Below, piece after piece: positions 40,281-51,103 of a stretch of 64,000 nucleotides of DNA (positions are counted from its first letter, which is position 1; every line of letters begins with the position of its first letter). This DNA comes from Spirochaetia bacterium (GTDB lineage Bacteria > Spirochaetota > Spirochaetia > SZUA-6 > Bin103). Both the position numbers and the translations under genes were made by a program. The DNA is taken from positions 96,001 through 160,000 of the forward strand of contig OZ241907.1 in assembly GCA_965203515.1 (NCBI GenBank), read 5' to 3'. The notes below the pieces were generated by a model. It was not told the origin of the DNA. It saw only the letters and a list, made by a program, of their open reading frames with translations, and ran no database searches.

Positions 40281-40932
40281 TCCTGGCCACGTAGTCGCGG
40301 GTCTCCTCCGGTACGTGCGCCGCGACGCGGGCCCACTCGGCGCACGCCCTCTCGCAACGGTCCTGCGCTCGCAGCACGCGGCTGCGCCCGCCGTTGTAGC
40401 TGGCGAAGGTGAACGCCAGACGCTGCCGGCGCTCCGGGATGTCGTCCCAGAGATCGTACAGACGCCGGTCGTAGAAGACCGCGGCGGCGATATTCTGGCG
40501 GGGTTCTTCGATGTCGGCGATCGGCAGCGAAGACTGGGCGGCGATCTCCGCGAAGGTCGCCGGCATGATCTGCATGATCCCCCGGGCGCCGACCGGGCTG
40601 GTCGCGCGCTCGCGCAGCGCGGACTCGGTGATGCCCTGCGCCTTGAACCACCGCCAGTCGAAGGCGACGCTGAAGAATCGCTTCGAGTACTTCCGGAAGT
40701 GGTCGTCGAACCGCGCCGTCCACTGGTCATCGTCGACCGGCAGGCCGCCGGAGTCGGCCGCCGGTCGTTCGCTCTGCGCCGGCGCGGCGGCGGATCGCGG
40801 TCCGGCCGCTTCCGGGGGCGTTCCGGCCGGCGCGCAGCCCAGGGTGACCGCGGCAAGGGCGGCCATGGCGAGCGCGGCGACGGCGAGCGCGGCGCTGCCC
40901 GGCAGCGATCGCGCCGCGTGGATGCCGGCCAC
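40252..40932 (-). CDS. SLT-domain lytic transglycosylase lipoprotein
   Basis: Lipobox TLGC; ES, GARGIMQIMPAT, ASYNGG, ETRDYV. Confidence 0.9.
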   Translation of the reverse strand: MAGIHAARSLPGSAALAVAALAMAALAAVTLGCAPAGTPPEAAGPRSAAAPAQSERPAADSGGLPVDDDQWTARFDDHFRKYSKRFFSVAFDWRWFKAQGITESALRERATSPVGARGIMQIMPATFAEIAAQSSLPIADIEEPRQNIAAAVFYDRRLYDLWDDIPERRQRLAFTFASYNGGRSRVLRAQDRCERACAEWARVAAHVPEETRDYVARIMRLMAVDL

Positions 40933-40938
40933 GGCCGC

Positions 40939-41178
40939 TCAGTTCAGACCCAGGCCGATCACCAGCCCGACCGCGACGCCGATGCCCACGAACATGCCGG
41001 CCACCATCACGCCGACCGCGGTGTTGCCCTTGAACAGTTGGTCATTGGTGTCGAATCGGGTCACGTGGTCGATCACCTTGAAGCCGAAGTACATGAACGC
41101 GATCGCGCCGCTGCCGCCGATCACCGCGTACAGCAGATTCAGCAAGACGACCTGGAAATCGAAGAGATCGAAGTTCAT
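40939..41178 (-). CDS. DUF350 family small membrane protein
   Basis: GGAGG before ATG 41178; two TM helices with L.KGNTAVG. Confidence 0.8.
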   Translation of the reverse strand: MNFDLFDFQVVLLNLLYAVIGGSGAIAFMYFGFKVIDHVTRFDTNDQLFKGNTAVGVMVAGMFVGIGVAVGLVIGLGLN

Positions 41179-41266
41179 GTCCGCCTCCGTGTGGTGGTAC
41201 GGCGTACGGGGTTGTGGCGCCGGGGGCCGGATGGCAGGATAATGAATCCGCGAGGGAGGTGCACGG

Positions 41267-42232
41267 ATGACGCCGTCACGCCGCTTGATCGATCCCTTCG
41301 GGCCGGATGCCGTCGGCGTCTGGCTCAAGGGCAACCTGCATGCCCACACCACGGAGTCGGACGGGGCGTTGGAACCGGCGCACCGCGCCGCTCAGTACCG
41401 GGAGCGCGGCTACGACTTCCTGTGCCTTTCCGACCATCATCGCCTGACGCGCGTCGACCGCGTGCCGGCCCCGGCAGGGATGACGTTGATCCAGGGAGCG
41501 GAGCTGCATCCGGACAATCCGTTCGGGGGACGGCAGTATCACCTGCTCGCCTACAACATGACCGGCGATCTGGACGCCGAGCGGATGCCGCCGCAGCACG
41601 TCATCGACGCGGTGCGCGCGCAGGGCGGCTCGGTGTGGCTGGCGCATCCGCACTGGATCGGCATCAACGTCCGGCGAGACGTCCTGCCGCTGACCGGGCT
41701 GGCGGGGGTCGAGGTGTTCAACACGATCTGTCAGCGCATGGGCCGGGGCGAGTCGGCGGTGATCTGGGACGACTGGCTCGACCACGCCGACCGCCTGCTG
41801 CCGGCGATCGCCAACGACGACTGTCACAGCCGTCCGCAGGACGGCGATGATCTGTTCCAGGGTTGGACGATGGTGCGCTCGGCCGATCGGACGCCGCAGG
41901 CGATCATCGCGGCGCTGGAGCAGGGCGCGTCCTACTGCACGATGGGCCCGGAGATCCGCTCGTTGCGGGTCACGCGGCCGGCGAGCACCGGGCTGCCCTC
42001 GCGGCCGTTGCGCCTGGAGGTGAGCTGCTCGGCGGCGGCGCGGGTGACGGCGGTCTGCAGCAGCGGCGGCGCCGACTGGCCCGCCGGTCCGGTCGATCCG
42101 GCGCGGCCCTTCGAGCACGCCGTGCTGCCGCTGCCGCAAGCCGACTGGGTGCGCGTCGAGGTAGCCGACCTGCAGGGCCGCAAGGCATGGAGCAATCCCG
42201 TCGACCTGACCGGCTTCGCTGCGGCCGGCTGA
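41267..42232 (+). CDS. PHP-domain (CehA/McbA-like) metallohydrolase
   Basis: KGNLHAHTTESDG, SDH, AHPHW, EVFN, DDCH. Confidence 0.88.
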   Translation: MTPSRRLIDPFGPDAVGVWLKGNLHAHTTESDGALEPAHRAAQYRERGYDFLCLSDHHRLTRVDRVPAPAGMTLIQGAELHPDNPFGGRQYHLLAYNMTGDLDAERMPPQHVIDAVRAQGGSVWLAHPHWIGINVRRDVLPLTGLAGVEVFNTICQRMGRGESAVIWDDWLDHADRLLPAIANDDCHSRPQDGDDLFQGWTMVRSADRTPQAIIAALEQGASYCTMGPEIRSLRVTRPASTGLPSRPLRLEVSCSAAARVTAVCSSGGADWPAGPVDPARPFEHAVLPLPQADWVRVEVADLQGRKAWSNPVDLTGFAAAG

Positions 42233-42236
42233 ACGG

Positions 42237-42701
42237 CTACGGGCCGAAGTTGGCCAGGCGGTACTCCGCGATCGCGTCCCGTACGCTCCGCTCGACGCTC
42301 CGCAGCATGAAGTCGCGTCCGCCGATCCCGTAGCGCCCGAAGTTCCAGTCGTACGTCAAGTCCGGCTCACCGGCAGCTCGAGGCGGGCTGAAGTGTATTT
42401 CCTGACTGAAGATGCGGTGAATCCCGCCCTGCACGAAGCAGGAGATGGCGATCTGCAGATGCGTCTCCCGGAGCGCGTGCTCCGATCGGGTCAGCTCGTT
42501 GCGGGCCAGCGCCGCATCGACGATCCGTTCGACGTCATCCCGCCCGATGGGGCAGTCCAGCTCCACGAATACGCGGTATCCGAGCTCTGCCGGATCGTCC
42601 TTCCTGATCGCCTCGCGCAGCCATGCCGGCGAGTCGGCCGGCGCGCCCGCCGCAGCCAGGGCCAGGAGCGTCAGGGCGGCCGGCGTCTTGCCGATCGTCA
42701 A
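42237..42701 (-). CDS. Hypothetical exported protein
   Basis: TTG start overlapping the Ldh gene stop; signal-like AALTLLALAAAG; globular remainder. Confidence 0.6.
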   Translation of the reverse strand: MTIGKTPAALTLLALAAAGAPADSPAWLREAIRKDDPAELGYRVFVELDCPIGRDDVERIVDAALARNELTRSEHALRETHLQIAISCFVQGGIHRIFSQEIHFSPPRAAGEPDLTYDWNFGRYGIGGRDFMLRSVERSVRDAIAEYRLANFGP

Positions 42702-43810
42702 CGAGGTGCAGCCTCCGCGCCCCCGGCGGCCTCCCCGGCGTCGATGCCGAGGCTGCCGGCGGCGGCGGCGAAGCGGTCCCAGACGTCGCGCGCGATCGGG
42801 ATGCCGTGCCGCTGCCGGCGGGAGCGGGTGCGCGCCTCCGCCAGACCCGGATAGAGCACCCGATCGTTGCCGGCGGCCGGTTCGCTCGTGCGGAGCGCCG
42901 CCAGCAGCGCGTCGTTGCCGTCCAGCACGCCCTGCAGCGGCCGGAACAGGTCGGCGCGCAGCAGCAGCAGGGTCGCCCCCTGATGGCGCATGAGCGGTAC
43001 GCCTTCGCCCGGCACGGCGTGCGCGTCGGCGCCGGTGAACAGCCGGCCGAGCAGCTCCACCGCCAGCATGAGCGCGTACCCCTTGTGGCCGCCGGTCTCG
43101 CCGCCGAACGGCAGGTATGCGCCGCCGGTGAAGAAGTCGTTCGGATCGGTGCTGGGACGCCCGGCAGCGTCGACGATGCTGGCCGGCGGCAGCCGCTCGC
43201 CGCGCGCCTGCGCGTTGGCCACCTTGATCCCCGACAGCGCCGTGGTGGCAAAGTCGATGATCACCGGCGCCTCGCTCCCGGCGGGGAAGCCCATGCAGAA
43301 CGGATTGGTGTCCAACAGCCGTTCGCGGCCCCCGAACGGGGCGGCGCGGGCCCCGGTGACCGCAAAGCCGCCGGCGCAGATGATCGAGATCAGCCCCGCC
43401 GCGGCTGCCAGCTCCGCGTAGTGGCCCAGGCGGCCGATGTGATTGGCCCGCACCAGTCCGCCGACCGCGGCCCCGGCGTCGCGCGCCAGCGGGATCGCCG
43501 CGCGCGTCAGGTACTCGGCGGCGACCTGGCCGAAGGTCAGCTCGCCGGACACCAGCAGGCGGCCCGCCGCCCGCTCCACCACGCGCGGCTCGGCGGCCGG
43601 CGCCAACTCGCCCCGTTCGATCTCCTGCAGATAGCGGGGGACGTGGTAGATGCCGTGCGTCTGCACGCCGGCGAGCTCGGCGCCTACCAGGTGCGCGGCG
43701 AGGGTGCCGGCGGCCCGCTCGCCGGCGCCGGCCGCCGCCGCCGTGCGCGCGATCAGCCCGTGCAGCGCGTCGGCCCGCACGACGATCGTCTCCATCCGCT
43801 TGGCAGCCAT
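42698..43810 (-). CDS. Ldh_2 family (malate/L-lactate/ureidoglycolate dehydrogenase-like) oxidoreductase
   Basis: THGI, NHIGRLGHY, TNPF, IDFAT, GHKGYAL, YPG. Confidence 0.9.
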   Translation of the reverse strand: MAAKRMETIVVRADALHGLIARTAAAAGAGERAAGTLAAHLVGAELAGVQTHGIYHVPRYLQEIERGELAPAAEPRVVERAAGRLLVSGELTFGQVAAEYLTRAAIPLARDAGAAVGGLVRANHIGRLGHYAELAAAAGLISIICAGGFAVTGARAAPFGGRERLLDTNPFCMGFPAGSEAPVIIDFATTALSGIKVANAQARGERLPPASIVDAAGRPSTDPNDFFTGGAYLPFGGETGGHKGYALMLAVELLGRLFTGADAHAVPGEGVPLMRHQGATLLLLRADLFRPLQGVLDGNDALLAALRTSEPAAGNDRVLYPGLAEARTRSRRQRHGIPIARDVWDRFAAAAGSLGIDAGEAAGGAEAAPR

Positions 43811-43853
43811 CCCGCCGCATCCTACTACAAGGGAGCCGGACCGCGGGGCGGCG

Positions 43854-44813
43854 ATGCGGTATCCTGCCAAGTACGTGCGGCCCGTGGAGACCGCCTGTGC
43901 GGCGCATCACGTCATCACGAACCGGCGGCTGCGGCCGGACGGCCGGATCGATGCCTGGCACCCGAAGCCGGATCCGGCCGGCGCGATCCGGCACGCGGCC
44001 GTGCCGGTGGCCGCGTTGGACCGCCGCGACCACCGGCCGGAGCCGGTCGACGTCGATCGCCTGTGCGGCGCCGTACGCGCGGACCTGCGGCGGCAGGACG
44101 ACCGGCGTCGCAACGTGCTGTTCTTCATCCACGGCCACCTCCTGCTGCTGCCGGGACTGCGGCTGAGGCTGCTGCGCGCGCTCCACGACCGGTACGCCGG
44201 CGGGCCGCACGGACCGGTCGGGGTGATCGTCTTCTTCTCCTGGCCGGACCGCGGCTGGCCGTGCTCGGAGGCCGACGAAGCCTACCGTGCCGGCCGCGCC
44301 TTCTTCGCGCGCGGGTCGGGCCTGCTGGCGGCGCTGCGCGACGCCGCCGCCGGTCGTCTGCACCTGCTGGCGCAGTCGTTCGGCCATCACCTGCTGGCCG
44401 GCATGGTCGCTCAGGCGGTCGCGGCGCGGCACGACGCGCCGCCGTTTCGGAGCTGCCTGCTGGCCGGTGCCGACGTCCCGCAGGCGGCGATCGGCGTCGG
44501 CGGCGTCACGGTGAGCGGCCGGGGCGGCGTGCGCCGCAGCTACCGGTTCGACGAGCTGCGCCGGCTCGGCGAACGGACGGTGGTCTACTACGACCCGCGC
44601 GACCCGATCCTGCCGGGTTCGCGGCGGCTGAGGATGGTCCGCCATCGCCGCCTGGGCCGCGCCGGCTGCGCCGGCCTGCAGGTTCCCCGCCACGTCACCT
44701 GTCACGACGTCAGCGCCGCCGGCGACCTGCCGTCCGGGCTGCTGGCGCGCCATCGGGCGTTCGTCACCTCGGCGGCGGTCGCGGCGATGATCGCCGCTCA
44801 GATTCGCTCCTGA
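43854..44813 (+). CDS. Alpha/beta hydrolase (DUF900-like), divergent
   Basis: LFFIHG, FFSWP, LHLLAQSFG nucleophile elbow, GADV, RLG. Confidence 0.7.
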   Translation: MRYPAKYVRPVETACAAHHVITNRRLRPDGRIDAWHPKPDPAGAIRHAAVPVAALDRRDHRPEPVDVDRLCGAVRADLRRQDDRRRNVLFFIHGHLLLLPGLRLRLLRALHDRYAGGPHGPVGVIVFFSWPDRGWPCSEADEAYRAGRAFFARGSGLLAALRDAAAGRLHLLAQSFGHHLLAGMVAQAVAARHDAPPFRSCLLAGADVPQAAIGVGGVTVSGRGGVRRSYRFDELRRLGERTVVYYDPRDPILPGSRRLRMVRHRRLGRAGCAGLQVPRHVTCHDVSAAGDLPSGLLARHRAFVTSAAVAAMIAAQIRS

Positions 44814-44838
44814 TCGCCGGCGGCGCCCCACGCCGGCG

Positions 44839-45183
44839 TCAGCGCGGATCGGGTCCGTCGTCGGCAGGCCCGTCGTCGGCAGGCAAGGTGACGATCACGT
44901 CGATATCGTCGGGCTGGCGGCCGATCTCGACCACGCGGTTGACCTTGACCTGGCCGCAGCCGAGGCACCGGTGCACGAGCTGCGGCCGGCGGCCGCAGCG
45001 GCGCAACCCGACCGGCCGCATCAGGCTTCCGCACCGGCTGCGGCGGTCGCCGGGCCGCACGTCGACGTGCAGCGAGTAGAGGCAGAACGGACAGTGGTTG
45101 CGATAGCTGCCGTCGGTCGACGGCTGCACGTCCGCGCCGCAACGCAAGCACTGGAACGGCGTGTTCTGCGCACTGCGGCTCAC
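44839..45183 (-). CDS. RNHCP domain protein
   Basis: F.C..CG..V......RNHCPFCLYSLHVD..PGDR...CG..M. Confidence 0.9.
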   Translation of the reverse strand: MSRSAQNTPFQCLRCGADVQPSTDGSYRNHCPFCLYSLHVDVRPGDRRSRCGSLMRPVGLRRCGRRPQLVHRCLGCGQVKVNRVVEIGRQPDDIDVIVTLPADDGPADDGPDPR

Positions 45184-45230
45184 GGCGCCCCCGATCGGCC
45201 GCCGGTCAGCATCCCTGCTGCCGGTACCGA

Positions 45231-45302
45231 AGCGCCTGAGCGGAATCGAACCGCCATCTCAAGCTTGGAAGGCTTGGGTATTGACCTTTATACGACAGGC
45301 GC
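45231..45302 (-). tRNA. tRNA-Gly (anticodon TCC), CCA not encoded
   Basis: GCGCCTG/CAGGCGC acceptor stem, CAAGC-CTTCCAA-GCTTG anticodon arm, GGTTCGATTCC T-arm. Confidence 0.95.
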
Positions 45303-45313
45303 GCGTCCTGCCT

Positions 45314-45342
45314 ACGGTAGGGCCGGCCGGTACGCCTGTCAA
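45314..45342 (-). promoter_or_regulatory. Sigma70-type promoter for tRNA-Gly
   Basis: TTGACA-17 bp-TACCGT on the minus strand, 11 bp upstream of the tRNA. Confidence 0.6.
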
Positions 45343-45386
45343 CATCGCGCTGTCAAACATCGCGCCCGGCATGCTATCGTGGCGTC

Positions 45387-45635
45387 GTGGGTCAACGAGG
45401 CGAACTGTTTTCCAGCCGAACGACGGTCGGCAATCGCACGTACTTCTTCAACGTGAAGGAGAACCGGGCCGGCGACGTCTATCTCAACGTGGTGGAGAGC
45501 AAGAAGCGCGGCGCCGACGCCGACTTCGAACGCCACTCGATCATCATCTTCGAAGAGGACATGGGCGGATTCCTTGCCAGCTTCGACAAGGCGATCCGCT
45601 TCATTCGCGCTCGCGAGCGGCACCGCCGCGGTTGA
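45387..45635 (+). CDS. PUR-alpha/DUF3276 family nucleic-acid-binding protein
   Basis: ELFS....NRTYFFNVKENRAGDVYLNVVESK...FERHSIIIFEED. Confidence 0.9.
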   Translation: MGQRGELFSSRTTVGNRTYFFNVKENRAGDVYLNVVESKKRGADADFERHSIIIFEEDMGGFLASFDKAIRFIRARERHRRG

Positions 45636-45685
45636 TACCGGCAGGCGGCCGCCGCCGGCGCTTCCGTCACCGCGCCGCCGCGGCT

Positions 45686-46225
45686 TCACAGCTTGAAGCT
45701 GCGCCGGTGGATCGGCGACGGCCCGTGCAGCCGCAGCCGGCGCCGATGGCTGCGCGTGGCGTAACCGAAGTGCGACTCGAAGCCGTAGCGGCCGTCGATG
45801 CCGGCGTACCGGACCATCCAGCGGTCGCGGGCGGTCTTGGCCAGGATCGACGCCGCCATGATCGCCGGGATGCGCGCGTCGCCGTCGATCTCGGCGCGGC
45901 ACGGCCGGTCCACGGTCGGCGTGAACCGGCCGTCCACGAGCACCAGGTCGGGCGTGACTTCCAGACCGCGATAGGCGCGCAGCATCGCCAGCAACGTCGC
46001 GTGATGGATGTTGATGCGGTCGATCTCCTCCGGCCATGCCCAACCGACCGCCCAGGCGCGGGCGCGCTCGCGGATCAGCGGCGCCAGCTCTTCGCGGATC
46101 CGCGGGCGCAGCACCTTGGAGTCGTCCAGACGGCGGACGGGAAAGCGCGCGGGCAGGATCACCGCCGCGGCGGTGACCGGTCCCGCCAGCGGCCCTCGCC
46201 CGGCCTCGTCGATTCCGCAGACGAT
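45686..46225 (-). CDS. rnhB: Ribonuclease HII (probable non-canonical start)
   Basis: CGIDEAGRGPLAGPV, LDDSK, VDG, AASILAKTARD, HRRSF. GGAGGAG lies 7 nt before in-frame ATC 46225. Confidence 0.92.
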   Translation of the reverse strand: MVCGIDEAGRGPLAGPVTAAAVILPARFPVRRLDDSKVLRPRIREELAPLIRERARAWAVGWAWPEEIDRINIHHATLLAMLRAYRGLEVTPDLVLVDGRFTPTVDRPCRAEIDGDARIPAIMAASILAKTARDRWMVRYAGIDGRYGFESHFGYATRSHRRRLRLHGPSPIHRRSFKL

Positions 46226-46256
46226 CGGTGCACTCCTCCGATGACGGCCGTTCCCT

Positions 46257-46285
46257 TTGACGGCGGCCGACGGCGATGGTAGCCT
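46257..46285 (+). promoter_or_regulatory. Sigma70-type promoter for smc
   Basis: TTGACG-17 bp-TAGCCT with a TG extension. Confidence 0.5.
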
Positions 46286-46325
46286 TGCCCAGGCAAGCCC
46301 ACAACGCGGGCGCGGTGCGCACGTC

Positions 46326-49129
46326 ATGAGCGGGCAGGTACTCAAGAGGGTCGAGCTACTCGGCTTCAAATCCTTTGCCGACCGTACCGTACTGGAGTTC
46401 GGCCCGGACGTGTCGGCGCTCGTCGGCCCCAACGGCTGCGGAAAGAGCAACGTCGTGGACGCCATCCGCTGGGCGTTGGGCGAGCAGGCGCCCCGCTCGC
46501 TGCGCGCCGAGCGGATGGAGGACGTGATCTTCGACGGCGCCGGCAGCCGCCGGTCGATGAGCGTGTCCGAGGTGACGCTCATCTTCTCCAATGAGGACGA
46601 GCGGCTGCCGATCGCGTCCGCCGAGGTCGCCGTCAAGCGCCGCCTGTACCGCTCCGGTGAGAGCCAGTACTTCGTCAACGGCGCGCAGAGCCGGCTGCGC
46701 GACGTGCGCGAGCTGCTCGCCGGTACCGGCTTGGCCACCTCCGGCTACGCCGCGCTGGAGCAGGGCAGGATCGACCGCATCCTCTCCGAGAAGCCGGAGG
46801 AGCGGCGCGCGGTCTTCGAGGAGGCGGCCGGCATCCTGTCCTACCGGACCCGCGCCGCCGAAGCCGAACGGGAGCTGCGACAGGCGGCCGCCAACGTGGC
46901 GCAGGTAGAGAACGTCCGGCGCGAGGTGCAGCGCCGGTATGAGACGTTGCGCGCCCAGGCGCAGGCGGCCGATCGCTACCGCTCGCTGCGCGCGCAGGCG
47001 TTCGAGGTCGAACGCGACCTGGAGCTGCTGCGCCTGCGGTCGTTGCGGGAGCGCGGCCGGCGCATCCGCGATCGGTTGTCCCGCCAGACGGAGAAGCGGG
47101 ACGGCATCCAGAACGAGATCGATGCGGCCGCGGCCAGCACGCGGGAGCACCGCGACGCGATCGAGCGCCTGGAAGGCGAGCGCGCCGCATCTCAGGAGCG
47201 CCTGTACGAGCTGGCGACGGCGATGAGCGGCGCCGGCAGCGAGATACGGCTCGGCCGCGAGCGCGTGGACGAGCTGGAAGCCAGCATGCATTCGTACCAG
47301 AGCCGCGATCAGGCGTTCGCGGACCGGATCGGTGCGCTGGAGGCCGAGGTCGCGGCCGTTCGCGCCGGGTTGGCCGAAGCCGAGCGGGGCGCGGCCGACG
47401 CGGAGCGCACGGCGGCCGCCGCGCGGGGGGACGCGGCCGCGGTCGGGGCGCAGATCGCGGAGACGGAGCGGCGCATCGCCGACGCCGCCGCCCGGATGGC
47501 GGCCCACGAGCAGCGCCTGGACGGGCTGCGCGAGCAGCTCCGCAAGGTGACCGACGAGATCGTCACCGAGCTCGATCAGCGGCTCGGCCAGGGGATGCAA
47601 TCGACTCCGTCGGCAGCGCTGGGCAACGACGTGGCGGAATCGCTGGCGGGGCTTCGCCGTGACGTCGACCGGCTGGCGGTCACCGCGGCGGGGATGGAAC
47701 GGCAGGAGCTGGCGCGCCGGCTCGGCGGTCTGGTGGAGGCCGCCGACCGGCTGATGGAGCGGTTCGCCCGCTATCGAGAGACGACCGGATCATTGCTCGA
47801 TGAGCTGATCTCGTCGGAAGGGATCGTCACCCACAAGCGCGCGATCGACCGCGACATGGGTGAGACCTTCTGGGCGATCGCGGAGCTGCGCAAGCAGACC
47901 GAGGGGTTGCGGCGGACCAACCGCGACCGCGCCGACCGGCAGGGCGAGCTGCGCGACGCGGTCCAGGAGAGCCAGGTGGCGGCGGCCCGGGCGCAGGAGA
48001 AGGCGGCGGCGTTGCACAGGCAGCTTGCGGCCGCGCAACGGCAGCTCGACGAGCAGCGGCAGTCCCGCGGCACCCTGGCGGCCGAGGAGCACCAGACCGC
48101 GGAGGCGATCCGCGCGTTGGCTTCCAGCACCTCCGACCGCGAGCGGGAGAAGGCGTTTCTCGACCGGGAGCACGAACGGCTGCAGCAGGACCTGGGACGC
48201 CGGACGGCGCAGATCGCCGGGCGCCGGCGCGAGCTGGACCGGATCGAGCAGGCCGCGCAGCAGCGTTCCGGCCGCCTGCGGGAGGCGCAGGAGGCGCTGG
48301 AGCGGGTCCGCGTCGAGTTGGCCGAGGTGGAGGCGGAAGACAAGGCGATCCGTCACGCCTTCGAGCAGACCCACTCACAGGACCTGCAGGAGCACGCGGC
48401 GCGGCTGGAGCGGATCGAGTCCACGCCGCGCGAGTTGCGCGAACGCCTTGCCCGGCTGCGGAACGGATCCGCGGTCTGGGCCAAGTCAATCTGCTGGCGC
48501 CGGAGGAGTTCGAGGAGGTGGCCGAGCGGTACCGGTTCCTGAATGACCAGCTGCAGGACCTGAGTCAGGCGCGCGCCGACCTGGAACGGGTCACCGCCGA
48601 GATTCAGCGCGAGTCAGCCGAACGGTTCGGCGCCTCCTTCGAGGCGATCGCGGGCGCGTTCGGCGACCTGTTCCGCCGCCTCTTCGGCGGCGGCCGAGCC
48701 GAGCTGCGGCTGCGCGGCCGGGACCTGCTGGAGGCCGGCGTCGACATCCTGGCGCAGCCGCCCGGCCGCAAGCTGGAGAACGTCGGTCTGCTCTCCGGGG
48801 GCGAACGTTCGCTGACGGCGGTGGCGCTGATGTTCGCCATGTACTCGGTGAAGCCGTCGCCGTTCTGCGTGCTCGACGAGCTCGACGCGGCGCTGGATGA
48901 CGAGAACATCGGCCGCTTCGTGGCGCTCCTGGAAGAGTTCGCGCACGACTCGCAGTTCCTGATCGTGACCCACAACAAGCGCACCATCGCCGCCGCCGCG
49001 AATCTGTACGGCGTCACCATGGAGGAGCCCGGCGTCTCCCGGCTGGTCACCCTGCGCCTGCCGGAGCGCGAGCCGGATCGCTCGGAGCGCGGCCCGGAGC
49101 GCTCCGAGCGCGCGCCGGTGCCCGCTTAG
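46326..49129 (+). CDS. smc: Chromosome segregation protein SMC (short form), apparent 1-bp frameshift near 48460
   Basis: GFKSF, GPNGCGKSN, long coiled coil, LLSGGERSL, LDELDAALD, VTHN. One added G at 48459-48461 restores LRERIRGLGQVNLLAPEEF. Confidence 0.9.
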
Positions 49130-49260
49130 GCTTAGGTCAGGGGTATGGACCGCGCGCGCCGCGTCGTCTGCACGGGTACCGGCCGGCCGGTCCGAATTGC
49201 CACCGGCAGCCGGCGGCCCTATCATCAAACGGGATGGAAGAGGACACGGCGCGATGATGA

Positions 49261-51087
49261 GTGATGCGGATGAGTGACAAGGACCCGAACGAACCGCGGT
49301 CGCCGGATTCGAGCGATCGGGGCGGACCGGGCCGCTCCCGCGAGCGGTTCTGGCAGGGCGTGAACGTGCCGGACCTGGTCAAGCAGCGTATCGACGTCAT
49401 CAAGGCGCAACAGAGCGCCGGCCGCAAGCTGCTCATGGCGCTGCGCAAGTTCTACGCGATCCTGCCGATCGCGGCCTTCGTCTACTTCTTCCTCACCAGT
49501 CCGACGTTTCAGAACGCCGTGCTGTGGCTTCTGGGATTCGTCGCGCAGATCCTGTTCGCGATCGCCTACGCGCTCATCCAATTCGTGGCGATCTTCTGGT
49601 TCATGGCCCGCTCCAAGGTGGAGAAGGTGCGGCCCACCGATCCCAAGTCGATCTCCTTCGATGACTACTGGGGTCAGCCCAACCTCAAGGCGCTGGTTCG
49701 CCAGTGGCTGGGGCTGCTGGCCGACCGGCACGAGTTCGTGCGCATGGGCGGCCGCTACATCAACGGCCTGCTCCTCTACGGGCCGCCCGGCACCGGCAAG
49801 ACCATGCTGGCCAAGGCGATGGCGGGCGAGGCCGGGGTCGCGTTCATCTCCATCGAAGGGTCCGGCTTTCGGGCGATGTTCTGGGGCGTCGACGTCCTGA
49901 AGATGATCTGGTTCGTGCGCAAGGCGCGCAAGTACGCCCGCCGCTTCGGCGCCTGCATCGCCTATATCGACGAGATCGACGCGGTGGGCCAGTCGCGCGG
50001 CGGCGTGCAGGGAGCCAACGGCGCGGCGGGCGGCATGGGCGGCATGTTGGGTGGCGGCACCGGCGCGCTGACCCGCCTGCTGTACGAGATGGACGGCGTC
50101 GATCAGCGCTCGCTCAAGGAGCGCATGGTCGCCAAGCTCTATCAGCTGCGCGGCAAGAAGCCGCCGGCGCGCAACTGGCACGTCCTGTACATGGGCTCCA
50201 CCAACCGTCCCGACGTGCTGGACCCGGCGCTGACGCGCCCCGGCCGCTTCGACCAGATGATCGAGGTGGCGCTCCCCGACCGCGCCGGCCGGCGCGCCAT
50301 CGTCGAGGGGTACCTGTCGACGATCCGGCACGACGACTCGGTCGACGTGGAGGCGATCGTCGCCAACACGCCCGGCGCTTCGCCGGCGCAGATGATGGCG
50401 GCGCTGACCAAGGACACGGTGCGCATCGCCCTGTTCGAGCACCGCAACGTGGTGACGCAGCGCGACATCGACCGCGCGCTGATCCACCAGATGGCCGGCA
50501 TGGAGAACCCGATCGAGGAGATGGACCCGGAGCAGCGCCGCTCGATCGCCGTGCACGAGGCGGGCCACGCCGTGGTCGTCCACTACGCCCTGCCGGAGAA
50601 GCGGATCGGCCACCTGACGATCCTGGCGCGCGGCCAGGCGCTCGGCTTCATGCTGCCGCTCGACGAGGTGGAGCAGTACTCCTACCCGTTGCGGCGGATC
50701 ACCGCCGACATCATGGTCGCGCTGGGCGGCCATGCCGCCGTGCGCATCGTCTACGGCGAGGAGTGGACCGGCGCCTACAGCGACTACCGCCAGGCGCGGG
50801 AACGCTTCCGGCACCTCTACACGCTCGGCTTCTTCGGCCCGCCGACCGGCTGGATATCCAACATGGCGGACGGGCTGGGAGCGCCGCCCGGCGCCCCGCC
50901 GCCGGAGGTGAACCGGCTCTGGCAGGAGCTGGAGGGCCGCACGGAGCGGCTGCTGCGCGACCACCGCGACGAGTTGATGGCGCTCACCGATGCCCTGCTG
51001 GAGCGCAATGAACTCAATACTCAGGAAGTCCTGGCGATCCTGGGACCGAACGGCCACAACGGCGCCGGTCCCGGCAGACTGCGGTGA
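49261..51087 (+). CDS. FtsH-like AAA+ / M41 zinc metalloprotease paralogue
   Basis: Two TM helices, [45 protein letters not shown]. Confidence 0.88.
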   Translation: MMRMSDKDPNEPRSPDSSDRGGPGRSRERFWQGVNVPDLVKQRIDVIKAQQSAGRKLLMALRKFYAILPIAAFVYFFLTSPTFQNAVLWLLGFVAQILFAIAYALIQFVAIFWFMARSKVEKVRPTDPKSISFDDYWGQPNLKALVRQWLGLLADRHEFVRMGGRYINGLLLYGPPGTGKTMLAKAMAGEAGVAFISIEGSGFRAMFWGVDVLKMIWFVRKARKYARRFGACIAYIDEIDAVGQSRGGVQGANGAAGGMGGMLGGGTGALTRLLYEMDGVDQRSLKERMVAKLYQLRGKKPPARNWHVLYMGSTNRPDVLDPALTRPGRFDQMIEVALPDRAGRRAIVEGYLSTIRHDDSVDVEAIVANTPGASPAQMMAALTKDTVRIALFEHRNVVTQRDIDRALIHQMAGMENPIEEMDPEQRRSIAVHEAGHAVVVHYALPEKRIGHLTILARGQALGFMLPLDEVEQYSYPLRRITADIMVALGGHAAVRIVYGEEWTGAYSDYRQARERFRHLYTLGFFGPPTGWISNMADGLGAPPGAPPPEVNRLWQELEGRTERLLRDHRDELMALTDALLERNELNTQEVLAILGPNGHNGAGPGRLR

Positions 51088-51103
51088 CGTAGCGAGTCCG
51101 CCG

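Noticed and set aside
42237..45079. 864-aa and 818-aa overlapping ORFs
   Set aside because: Arg/Ala/Pro-rich off-frame reads across the Ldh, hydrolase and RNHCP genes.
45231..45260. tRNA-Gly 3' end as an integration site
   Set aside because: No duplicated tRNA 3' fragment or integrase seen in the window.
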